Part shown: one piece after another, positions 28,601-40,007 of the stretch | Numbering within the stretch: position 1 is the stretch's first letter | Layout of the letters: each line of letters opens with the position of its first letter | Source of the DNA: Bugula neritina | Taxonomy: Eukaryota > Animalia > Bryozoa | Length of the DNA stretch: 64,000 nucleotides | Direction: 5' to 3' | Assembly: GCA_964035545.1 (NCBI GenBank) | Contig: OZ037768.1 | Span: 7,720,741 to 7,784,740 of the forward strand | Program-made: the position numbers and the translations under genes | Notes under the pieces: model-generated | Told to the model about the DNA's origin: nothing | The model's input: the letters and a program-made list of their open reading frames with translations, nothing else | The model's database searches: none

Positions 28601-31600
28601 AAATCTTAATACAAATTTAATTTAGAAGCAGATAATAATAATAATAATAATAATAATAATATATCTACGATCCAGATTAATTCCCCAGCTTTTCATACTG
28701 GTGAACAGCTTACCTATGTGTTATGTGGGAAAATCAGCATAATTAAACAATTTATACAACAGATTAAGTAGTCCAGTCTTTTAATTATCTCATTTTTACT
28801 TTATCTTTAAATCAAATAAGATTTAGTGGTCAACTGTGCCAGGTTTATCAGACTTCTGGTAATTTTATGGCTAATATTTGCATCTGGTGAAATTTCTAAA
28901 CCATACAAATATATAACCGCCATCTAAAATCTAAATGCACTAGAACCATCAATACTGTTTTGATGAAAAAAAGGCTGGAATGGTATGGGCATGTCTGCAG
29001 GAGGAGGAGATAAAGAAAATCAGCAACATGAGAAGTGAAGGCAAGAGAAAGAAAGGAAGACCTAAACATCATTAGATGGATACTATAACCTCAAATATGA
29101 AAACATGGAAATTGAAAGCAAAGACGTTCATCATTAGAGTTGGCTATGCAGAACCCACGAAGACTAAAAAAACAGTGATGATGGCTGCAACAGACAGACA
29201 GAAGGGAAATAACCAGTCTAGACCTTACCAGAACTTACCGGAACTTACTAGAACTTACCAGAACTTACTAGGCCTCACCAGAACTTACTAGACCTTACCG
29301 GAACTTACCAGAACTTACCGGAACTTACCAGAACTTACCAGAACTTACTAGACCTTACCAGAACTTACCAGACCTTACTAGACCTTACTAGACCTTACCG
29401 GAACTTACTAGACCTTACCGGAACTTACTAGAACTTACCAGAATTTACCAGAACTTACTAAACCTTACCAGAAACAGAAAGGAAGTCATCAATACTGGTG
29501 ATTTCATCAACAGCTTCAGTAAGGATCCTGACTTGTCTTTCCCACGTATCTTTGAAAACATCCATGTTCTCTTGGGCTACCTTAGACTTAGGTCTGGAGG
29601 CTAATATTCGAGCAGCATTTACCACCTATTAACAGATGTGCTTGTGACTAAAGAAAATTATGTTGTAACTGTACAGTTTCCAATTATGATACAGAAAAGA
29701 TTGAAATACCTTCAAAAAATAAAAAACATAAGCTAATGGCGACAAATTTTGAGAAATTGCAGCTTTCAGTTCAATTGCTACCAGCCAATAATAAAATGGA
29801 TGAAAATATCTTAACTTGTCTTGTACTTTCAGCCGAATAATAAGCAAGTCAAAGGGGAAAATATACAAACCCCTCTACTACCCTATACAGTTGAGTTTTC
29901 CATCATATTCAGCATTTTGCCCAAAGGGTGAGCGAAATTAATAAACTTGATCAAAATATGTGAAATGTTGGCAAAACTCATAGTAGTTGCGCATCTTACT
30001 GGTACTGAAAATTTCAAAACGAACGTTCTAACCAGTCCATGTCCCAATATTCAAGAGTTTATTCTTCATTTATTAGTTTAAGCAAAGACACTGACAACAT
30101 CTACTCATTTCTGCACCACAGCCCAAGTTCTAAAGATTCACCAGTTACACTCTATAGGGTCACAGCTCTACAGGCCCCAACAGTAAGTTGTCTAACCTGA
30201 GGACAGAGGGCTTCCAGCTGTGAGGCAGCCAACCTGACCAACTTGACCCCCTCTTCGTTGCTGGACATGGAACAGGCGAGGTTGGCCACCTCCACCAGTT
30301 TGTTAGCATGCTCCATAAACACCTGCCCATACTCCTCTACCTGTAAGAACATCTCACAGGATGTACAGTCACTTAACAGTACAAGTCTGCTAGCCACAGA
30401 CAGAAAATGTATATATACAAGAGGATATTAATTCTTATTAAACATAACAGTTTACATTATAAATATTTCAATATTCCGAGGATAAGATGCCACTATCTGA
30501 AATATAATCATGCAGAGACAATCAGCCAAGTGGGTCTATTTGGTACTTTGCTAGAAGATACAGGGTAGACTATCAGATGATAAAGAGAAAGAGGCAGCGC
30601 AGTAGAGTTGTTAGTACTTAGACAGCAAGGTTACATGCTGTGACCCTATCTATACTATGTATGTATACGTATAAATAAAGCAATTGGGAAATGTTATTTT
30701 TTTCTTTTATTGTGCAACTATTAGTTCCGTGCTTCTTACAGTACCCATCAGGCACATTAATACTAAAATGATTACACCAAGTATATATTACTTATATAAG
30801 TATAAACATATTTTGCTACAGATTGTGTATAGAGAATAAGCGACCACTAAATATAAGGTAGATGTGAGGTTAGAGCTGTGGGTTCCAACTTTTTCTAAAG
30901 CCTGCACACTCTTTTCGCTACAGTGGTACCTCAATACCCCCTACAGCGCTCATGATTTCTATTTTAATATTAACATGTGGTATGATAAACAGATGTTATC
31001 AAACATAACCTGTGACATATTATAAATGGGCAGAGCATGCTTATTTTTCTGATGCACCCCTATAGGGAGAGGGGGGGGGGTGGTGCTAATACCCTAGGCA
31101 AGAACCCCTGAGTTAAAGATGGTGCAGAAGATTTACAAGTAGATAAACATTACAATCTTGTTTGGAATGTCAATTCTCGTGTCCTGTGACAAAACATAGG
31201 TAGTGTACAACTACTTAAATTAAGTCATTTTTTATTACCTATGAGGCTTACACTCATTCATTAGTATTGTAGAATGCAAATTAACAAAATTAAGCCAGGA
31301 AGCCTTCTTAGTTATATGCTTAAACGCAAAATAACGAATTAAACTTTAAAATCTGTCTCTCTTGAAGTATATTTTAAAGACTATCTGTTATTTTACATCA
31401 AATCAATTCATCATACTACAATATGCTGCATTATCAATGCTTTCACCGAATGGTAAATGAGAATCTTGCAGTTTTTGCAGTGACACTATAGTATACTATA
31501 ACTACGTAAAAACAATTCGATAGGAAATATTAATAAGGTTTGGGAAATTCATTTTTCATTTCAATCAATAATATTGAACTGAAAATTCACTTTTTGAATT

Positions 31601-34600
31601 CATGGTAATAACTTAGTTAAAATAGAATCCCATGTCACACCCAAGCAACTAGTACACAACTATACTCATAACTAAAATAACTACAATAACATTTATATGA
31701 TAAATAAATATTAAATACATATAAAATAAGTATAATATAATCATAAAATGATGAAATATTTCAACAATAAAAATGGTGATTTTTGCATAATTACGTCAAA
31801 ATTTAAAAGATAAATTTATAAAGCAACGGTAGTTTGCAATGTTGCAGAGCAAGTGGTTTGGTGGAGGAGCAGAGTTGAGAGCGAATCTGTCGCAATTACC
31901 ATACTCACCTCTGGATCGTAGTACTTGCTAGCCATCTCAACACTAAATAACAAGCAACTCGGTCAACTAAACATTAGCTGCTAAGCCACAACACTATGAC
32001 TTTAGCAGCTAACTTTTGCTAAAACTATTAAAGCTCATGTCTCAATACCATAACTTAATACAAGGATATACATATAATCTATTCTTATAACTAACAACTA
32101 TACATTCTGCTGCTGCTTACAACTAGCTTACTGCAAAGCTTCAGGTGCTGTTGAATACACCACGAGTGTTTGTGAGAACAGATAACACAAGTATTGAGAA
32201 CTGTGTAGCATTGATAGGATAGAGTGAGTTAGTTATCAGCTAGTATTGTACTATAATGAGCAAATAGTATAGCAGTAATAATAAATTTAGTCCGCAATGC
32301 AGAGTACTACTTAGCAAAGGGTGTTGAAATGTTGCCTATAATAATATAATTAGACACTGGTGCTTCCACAAACTTTAAACTCGTTCAGGGCCAATATTTG
32401 TATGAGTCCATAGTAATAGTGGCTTTTCTTTCCAATTCACAATTTACAAACGACTTTTCCTAGAGAATATTACAGAAGTTGCTTTCTCTCAGGCACACTC
32501 ACGGTTCACAGTAATTATAAAGTACTGAACACATATTGGTAGAAGAAGAGCTCTGCCTAAATTTCTATGCAGTATGCATTTAAAATGAACAATATAACAA
32601 ATATAGTGAAGAGGTGAACTCTGGTCTTAGCCAAATTAATTATAGTGAAATCATTCAAGACATGTTAGTTTTTAAAAACATGTAAAACTTACTTTGTTAA
32701 ACATTTGCATTCATATCCAAACTATTAATGACATATGTTGTGAAATATTAAATAAAATTTTCACAATGTTAAAACAAACATAACAAGGCAATTAGCAGCT
32801 TAATTGCTCCAATTTAGATAGAAGACTACTAGAGGTTATAACACAAATACATATCAGCACAGAGTAAGAGTACTCAACACTACACAGACACACTCCCAGT
32901 GGAACCAGGGTTGGTATAACTGGATAAATGGTAGCAGACACCAAAGGACTAGGAGATAAAATACACAAAAAACTGACACGTATCCAGTTTAAAGCAATTT
33001 CCATCAAGAGAGCATCCGCAGTCTCAAAGACTGGTGAAACTTACCTTGTCTCTCAACTGTTGGTGAGAAATACGCTGTGGTGGTACACTGGGCACAGAGC
33101 CAGTAGCAAACACATCGACAAACAGCGGCTCCAACTTAGTAAAACTAAACGTATACATTGAGACTATCCTTCCACAACTACTGCAGCACCATCCGTGCTC
33201 CCAGTCAGATTACTAATATCAAGTTTTTTTTTTAAATAAATGCGCCTACCAACTTCATAAACCGCAAGCAGTCAAAGTCTCGCATGAACCAACATGTCAA
33301 GCACGACGGCCTATAATGTGCCTAGCATGTTCTCACAAGTCAGGCGATTTATCATCAATATTGTATCATCAGAACCACCTCTCCATCCTCCACGTGATTA
33401 ATAACCATGTCTACATGACATTAGCATGATGTGGTGTATATGATGAGGAAAAACCAAGTTTTGCCACAAGGGAAGGGCAATATTGCACCATCTATTAATT
33501 TGTGATTAATTATTCTAATAATAATCTTAATTTCAGCCAGCCATAATGTCAAAGACAGGGTATGAAGGTTGAGCAATATATAATGTAGCCTATATCTAAT
33601 GTGTGCATATATTATATATAATATATTATATATAATATGTTATATATAATATATTATATATAATATATTATATATAATGTGTATATTGTTTATTTCTCAG
33701 TTAGAAAATCTCAACCCCAAACCCGGTGCCCTCATCTCCATGCAGATATTAGAAACTTTCACTGAACATTCAAACATAATAAAAATGCTCCATCTGCATG
33801 TCAGCTGTTTACGAGTCACTGTGGTTATCTGCTTGCTATGATTTCCCCCTTAAATTATGTTTAAATAAACTCTTCTCTATTATCATTCTTTTCCACACCT
33901 GTGCATTCAGCAGTTAGCAACAGTTAAATATATCATTTTATAAATGCTGTAAGTTAGTCATTGAGCTCTCAAGCTGCGCAATCACAGTGTGGGTCTAGTC
34001 TGGAAGAATACTTATCAGTAAGCGGGGGAACTTACTAGCATTTTCCTTTTAACTGCTTTTACTATACATAAAATCTGAATTTTTTGGGAACATTAGTTAC
34101 AAAATGACAAATAAGCAATTACAAAACTTTCTATCTCAAAGTGCTCATTTCCACCTGTTGACTGAGCTTACAGTGACTAACTAACTTGTGATATCCAAGC
34201 CTCTTATCTTACATAAATACCCAAAGCAGCATTACTACTACTTAAAAAATTAAAGAGAAGACTATTCATAAGTAATACTTTCAAATTAATAAGGAAACTA
34301 AATAAATACTAGCTGATAACAAAAAGGCAATGATTAAACTTTAAAATAAATTAGTTTCAAAAGTAGAGAGTCTTAAAATGCATATATTTAACAGTCCTGG
34401 TCCTGCAATATTTAATATGAATCATAGCTTAGCCTCAGAGGAGATTCCTCAGCTACGAACTGAAGGCACTAACCCACCTACCACCAGGAAAAATTACCCT
34501 AAAACCAGTCTATCCACAGCTAGCTTAGTAACATGATGCATTCGCTAAAATATTTTACACATAAATACACCGACACAAGCAGTTTCTCACCTCCTCCTCG

Positions 34601-37600
34601 TTGCCAACTTTAGCGGCTTCTATGAGTATGATAAGAGGAACGTTGGTCTCCAGGAAAGTGTCAGACACGTGATCAACTACAGCCTTCTTGAGTTGTCTTC
34701 TCAACTCTCTTGTACGCTGACACATGTTCTCTATAGCCTTGTCCAGGGACTCGGTGGGCTCTTCCTGCACCTGCGCACAAAATAGAAGGAGTTCAGGCTA
34801 TTCATTAAGGAGAGCTACAGTAAAATCTACCCAGTGAAATAAGTGTATGTTAACTACACAGAACTTCACATCTGTGGGACACCAGCTGTAGCTAGTATAG
34901 ATTATCAGGAAACTTTGAAAGCCTGTATTAAAATTTAAAACTATTACCAATCATTTTAAATCAAACAAGTGCTAACAACTTTTCAACAAGTAAAACAACA
35001 AAACTCTATAATAGTGTCTTTCTACATATCAGTGGAGCAGAGTAGTGGAAGGAATTCACTCCAACCATCATAATCACTTGTATTCATATAACAAAGTCTT
35101 ACGTTGGCCTCGTATTGGGTCAACAGATCTTGCAGAGCTTGTCTGACTGCATTGCACTGTCTCACAATCTTCTCTCTCCTCTCATCTCTGGTGCAGGAGG
35201 AGTCGGCCATTAGCGCGGCTCCACTGATAATACTCTCCAGTCGCTCCTCGAGAGAGGGACGGGTGCGCACGGAGCTGTACACGCTCGGCTCCATCAACAC
35301 CTTAGACTGGAACACAGTATACAGTGTACTCATATACAGTATACTCATACATACAGTGTACTCTATATACAGTGTATTCATATATACAGTGTACTCATAT
35401 ATACAGTATACTCATATATACAGTGTACTCATATATACAGTGTACTCATATATACAGTGTACTCTATATACAGTATATTCATACATACAGTGTACTCTAT
35501 ATACAGTGTACTCATATATACAGTGTACTCATATATACAGTGTACTCATATATACAGTGTACTCATACATACAGTGTATTCATATATACAGTGTACTCAT
35601 ATATACAGTATACTCATATATACAGTGTACTCTATATACAGTATACTCATACATACAGTGTACTCTATATACAGTGTACTCATATATACAGTGTACTCAT
35701 ATATACAGTGTACTTATATATACAGTGTACTCATATATACAGTGTACTCATATATACAGTGTACTCATATATACAGTGTACTCATATATACAGTATACTC
35801 ATACATACAGTATACTTATATATACAGTATACTCATATATACAGTGTACTCATATATACATACAGTATACTCATATATACAGTGTACTCATATATACAGT
35901 GTACTCATATATACAGTGTACTCTATATACAGTGTACTCATATATACAGTGTACTCATATATACAGTGTACTCATATATATATACAGTATACTCATATAT
36001 ACAGTGTACTCATACATACAGTGTACTCATATATACAGTATACTCATATATACAGTGTACTCATACATACAGTGTACTCATATATACAGTATACTCATAT
36101 ATACAGTGTACTCATATATACGGTGTACTCATATATACAGTGTACTCACATATACAGTGTACTCACATATACAGTATACTTATATATACAGTGTACTCAT
36201 ATATACAGTATACTCATATATACAGTGTACTCACATATACAGTATACTTATATATACAGTATACTCATATATACAGTGTACTCATACATACAGTGTACTC
36301 ATATATACAGTGTACTCATATATACAGTGTACTCATATATACAGTATACTCATATATACAGTGTACTCATATATACGGTGTACTCATATATACAGTGTAC
36401 TCACATATACAGTGTACTCACATATACAGTATACTTATATATACAGTGTACTCATATATACAGTGTACTCATATATACAGTATACTCATATATACAGTGT
36501 ACTCATATATACAGTATACTCATATATACAGTATACTCATATATACAGTGTACTCATACATACAGTGTACTCATATATACAGTATACTCATATATACAGT
36601 GTACTCATATATACGGTGTACTCATATATACAGTGTACTCACATATACAGTGTACTCACATATACAGTATACTCATATATACAGTGTACTCACATATACA
36701 GTGTACTCACATATACAGTATACTTATATATACAGTATACTCATATATACAGTGTACTCATATATACAGTGTACTCACATATACAGTATACTTATATATA
36801 CAGTGTACTCATATATACAGTGTACTCATATATAAATACATTGGTATAACATATCCATTGATATATTATATATTCATGGATACACAATCAATCTATGAAA
36901 CATCAGCTTACATCAAAGTCATCCAAAGCGGCAGCTAGCTCTCCGATGCCTTCGTATGAGTGTGGAACAGAAGGGCCTGTAGCCTGAGCAACTTCACCAA
37001 TAGTATGAACGGCATCTGAGACCTCCCCAACCACAAAATCTCTGTTAGCCTTAGCTGCCACAAGCTCAGGGTGCCTTACATATGTCTGAAAATATAGTGA
37101 TGATTGTTCGGGGTGTGTAACGTTTATTTATCTACTAATTATGAAACCATATAACATGGCAAGATCATCTTTATGGAAAAATTCTCATATGCTAGATCAG
37201 AATAATAATATGTTATAGAACTTCCATAAATCTGAGAGAAGAAATATAGCGCCATATTATTGAAACAAACTTGAGTTGTCTTCCCTTTACAATCAGATTC
37301 AAACAAAGCTCCTGTAGATCGTGAGATATGCATGACGGAAACTTTTTCAACCAAAAGGATTAAAGAGCAATGAGTGGAACACAAAAACAACTAAAATAAT
37401 TATTTTAATATACAAATATATTATATTAGCTACTCTATTTATTACCTAATTTCATTCTCATGGTTAATGTCCAGTGGTGGGCAACTCCGCAGTGGTTGCA
37501 ATAAACTATAATACACTATAATTACATTTATCATGCTTAATGTAGAATCTCAATAATAAATATCTGATGGTGGCAAATCCCTTAACTAAAACTTAGCACA

Positions 37601-40007
37601 TAATAAAGTGTCCAAAGCTAAACCATGCCAAACTCTAAGACTATGCAACTTCAGGTCAATGTTTAGTGTACATACGTCAAAGTGAACGCCTTGAGCAGGT
37701 GCAAAGCAAGGCTATCAAAATCATAAAGGAAACACACTGACCTTTGAGGTAGTGAGAAGCATTAAACTGTTCTTCTTTAGCACAGCGCGTGCTGACGCCA
37801 AGTCATCCCTCCTCCGCAAGTCTTTCAGATCCATCTGGCGTCTACCAGTTCGGTCTGCCAGATCAACGACTCTGCGCCCCAAAGCACGGAAGTTATCTAT
37901 GACTTCCTGTTGACTGGACGCCTGGTTCAGTCGGTGTAAATCTTCTTCCACCTATACCAGTGCCAATAGGACACAGATATGTCATACATCAAACTTCAGA
38001 TTATTATTATAACCATTACGTGAAACCATAGCACTCTTTTGCTTCAGTCATACGCTACGTTTCTAAGCTTCGAATTATGTGAATAGATATTTTATTCGGT
38101 GTTTGGAAGCAGTTGCATCGAATGAAACCGCAACCACAAATTCATCTGTAAGAGCATCCATGCAAAGCAATGGAAACACAGTGATAGTGTGAGATTTTCG
38201 GATTTTATTTAACATTGTAAAATGCCTTTTCACACCATACTACATTGATTAACATCAATGAATATCTTTATTTTCAATGATATAACAAAGCGCCACCCGT
38301 TACCTGAACAGGACAAAGCTGAGATAGGTGAGAAAAATATAGCAAAGTGCTAAGTGGCAGAGCATATATAACAACTACAGACTCACAGCTCGTAGAGACT
38401 TCAACAAGAGGTACACATCAACCATATCAGCCAGTATTAGCAGTCTGGTCACAGCAGAGAGAAGAGCCCGTGCGGCTCTCACCATGGCACTACGCTTCAC
38501 TGACGAGCAGGGGTCATCGGCAAACTCAGATGATGTTATGTGCATTGTGTCACCTGAGAGCATATCACTCAACATACGGTAAATACTGTATTGTATAACG
38601 ACTATTGGTACATAGTCATAGCAAATATTGTAGAATGATATCACATTTTACAATAATTTTCTCAATAAACAGAAAGTCCTAAAGATCATATTTTGGAGCA
38701 GCCGTTGTCTAGGGGTTAGGGCATTTGCTTAGTAAGCACGAAGTCATAAATTCGAACCCCTTAAAGGTCATTGGTGATGTTATGAAGAGCATCCAGTGAT
38801 AATTGCTCCTGTGCCTCATCTTAAAAAGTCCTTAGCCCGATTTAACAAAAACCCTTTACATAAGTGGTTTCTCACAGGGATGGTGACTATAAACTTGCGT
38901 GAATTTAAAGAGTATATTCTGTATTGTCTAAAGGAAATACCTAATGCTGCTGCTGTGCAATTTTTTGTATTGAACGTTCACGACTGATGGGTTCTTTTTA
39001 CAGATATTATATTATATTAGTAATTTGAATATCTTGGTTGCTAACAATTCGTTTTAAATGTTACATCATATCACTAGAAGAAATGTCATAAGTAAACTTG
39101 TTGGAGCAAATTCATAAGTTTTAGTTTGAAGGATAAACTTGAAAAAACCCAGTTTGCGGAAAATCTTATTTGAGTTTTTGAAAGAATCAATACAACCTAC
39201 AAATAAGAATTAGGATTTCCTGAATTAAAGAAACTGACCTGTCCGTCGTACATCGTCAACAGCAGCCACCATTTCATTCCTAACTTCAGCATTCTCATTA
39301 GAAATTTCTTCACCTTTCGCTATAAAGTTTTGAGTGGCTTGATACACAGCTTCACAAAGCAAATGTGCTCTTTTCGATCTTCCCTTTTTCAACCTACAAC
39401 AGTCAGTTTCCCAATGTCTACCTAAACCAGTTGGTATACTATTGAGTCAGACACACGTAGAAATGATTCACATTCGGTGAATAATTATTTTACTCTATCT
39501 ACAAAATCAAAAAATCAACATGTTGTGGTCCAATGTTTAATTATACTCTAGCACAGCCGAGACTACAAAATGTAGTTTTATTATAAGCAGTCCAAAGCAA
39601 TATATTAGTGAATTCTCATATTGGTTACAATATTATTTATAACTTGGTGTAATACAATTCCCAAATTAGCTATGAAATATTGTAGATTTGAAAATCCACC
39701 TGGTAATCTACTAACAAAATCCAATACAGAAATGTTCCACTACAAGCAAATCTTCAGTTAGTTGAATGAAAAGATGAAACTATAATTAAAACATATGAGT
39801 AACTATTATGTACACCATTATGGCGTTCCAGAAACTCACATTACCAAACATAACGTGCGTTGCTTACTTGGATGGTCCTTTTTGGCTTACAAGTGTAGTG
39901 ACTTGGGTTACCAGTGGCTCTAAGGTTTTCTCCACTGATTTGGTTCGTATCTCTAAATTGGTAATATCCCATTTGACATCCACACCTGTTCCATATTGAG
40001 CTTCCAT
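22615..40007 (-). CDS. CTNNA: Alpha-catenin (vinculin/alpha-catenin family)
   Basis: Exons 40007-39868, 39393-39239, 38553-38387, 37951-37742, 37085-36912, 35306-35103, 34770-34591, 30340-30197, 29625-29469, 28142-27942, 27760-27609, 26945-26804, 26157-25990, 25717-25643, 25080-24855, 24716-24611, 23724-23590, 23251-23144, 22767-22615. Diagnostic motifs: LEIRTKSVEKTLEPLVTQVTTLV, ARALLSAVTRLLILADMVDV, RPSLEERLESIISGAALMADSSCTR, KAVVDHVSDTFLETNVPL, GNDIIMLAKQMCIIMMEMTDFTRGRGPLK, LDSATSLIQAAKNLMNAVV, ALSEF. Confidence 0.96.
25643..25717 (-). CDS. Candidate symmetric (phase 1-1) Tyr-rich cassette exon of alpha-catenin
   Basis: ttgattgtttag|AC TAC ATG TAC...GAT G|gtagat; 75 nt, open in the alpha-catenin frame: DYMYLKYNSVYDQDDYPFSQENYID. 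Confidence 0.6.
25990..26157 (-). CDS. Symmetric (phase 1-1) Gly/Tyr-rich exon of alpha-catenin
   Basis: CTAAC branch point..ttgatag|AG GGT GGT CAG...AAT GCA G|gtacgt; 168 nt: EGGQYSGSGGQYSDGYEARGYDQY...DRYDDNA. Confidence 0.7.
26419..26491. repeat. Inverted repeat with perfect 23-bp arms (hairpin)
   Basis: TTTTTAGTAAATTTGGGTGTGGG (26419-26441) ... CCCACACCCAAATTTACTAAAAA (26469-26491); the inner TGATG/CATCA can also pair. Confidence 0.9.
28150..28262 (+). repeat. 12/24-bp tandem repeat (ATGAGTCAACAG / ATAATTCAACAG) next to the alpha-catenin acceptor at 28143
   Basis: About 9 twelve-mer units; explains the MSQQIIQQ / LLTHLLNY ORF runs. Confidence 0.9.
28940..29170 (+). mobile_element. Degenerate 3' end of an RTE-clade LINE
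   Basis: Translates KKRLEWYGHVCRR ... (frameshift) EGKRKKGRPK..*MDTI..NM, matching the RL.W.GHV.R...G.R..GRP...W.D C-terminal motif of RTE ORFs. Contains stops and indels. Confidence 0.75.
29221..29473 (-). repeat. 25 x 10-bp tandem array derived from the exon-9 donor splice site of alpha-catenin
   Basis: + strand unit GA(A/C)CTTAC(C/T)(A/G), equal to sense (T/C)(G/A)|GTAAG(T/G)TC. The first copy is the authentic TCTG|GTAAGG junction. Confidence 0.92.
31909..31935 (-). CDS. Candidate alternative first coding exon of alpha-catenin (MASKYYDPE)
   Basis: gagATGG Kozak-like start, 9 codons, GAG|GTGAGT donor; phase 0, matching exon 30340 (VEEY...). Confidence 0.55.
33045..33158 (-). CDS. Candidate alternative first coding exon of alpha-catenin (38 aa)
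   Basis: ATG..MYTFSFTKLEPLFVDVFATGSVPSVPPQRISHQQLRDK, AAG|GTAAGT donor, phase 0, exon-like GC content. Confidence 0.5.
33607..33678. repeat. Self-complementary AT repeat (~14-bp unit TATATTATATATAA)
   Basis: atatattatatata atatattatatata atatgttatatata atatattatatata ... Confidence 0.85.
35314..36835 (+). repeat. 17-bp minisatellite (ATATATACAGTGTACTC), about 90 copies, filling an alpha-catenin intron
   Basis: The unit is directly visible. The 17-aa periodicity (3 x 17 nt) appears in all three + strand ORFs because the unit has no stop codon on +. Confidence 0.97.
38695..38897 (+). mobile_element. tRNA-derived SINE, copy 1
   Basis: GGAGCAGCCG..A box..TTCGAACCC B box, then a body (ATTGGTGATGTT..GAAGAGCATCCAGT.ATAATTGCTCCTGTGCC..AAGTCCTTAGC..CACAGGGATGG.GACTATAAACTT) shared with the copies at 42679 and 51578. 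Confidence 0.85.

Noticed and set aside
30341-34590. Nested LRRTM-like antisense gene in the large alpha-catenin intron, as in vertebrates
   Set aside because: No long + strand ORF or leucine-rich repeat motif is present.
35314-36835. CRISPR-like regular repeat
   Set aside because: Head-to-tail units with no unique spacers, in a eukaryotic intron, with no cas genes.
35104-36938. Three long overlapping + strand ORFs (581, 503 and 493 aa)
   Set aside because: Artefact of a stop-free 17-bp satellite antisense to an alpha-catenin intron; all three frames give the same 17-aa repeat.
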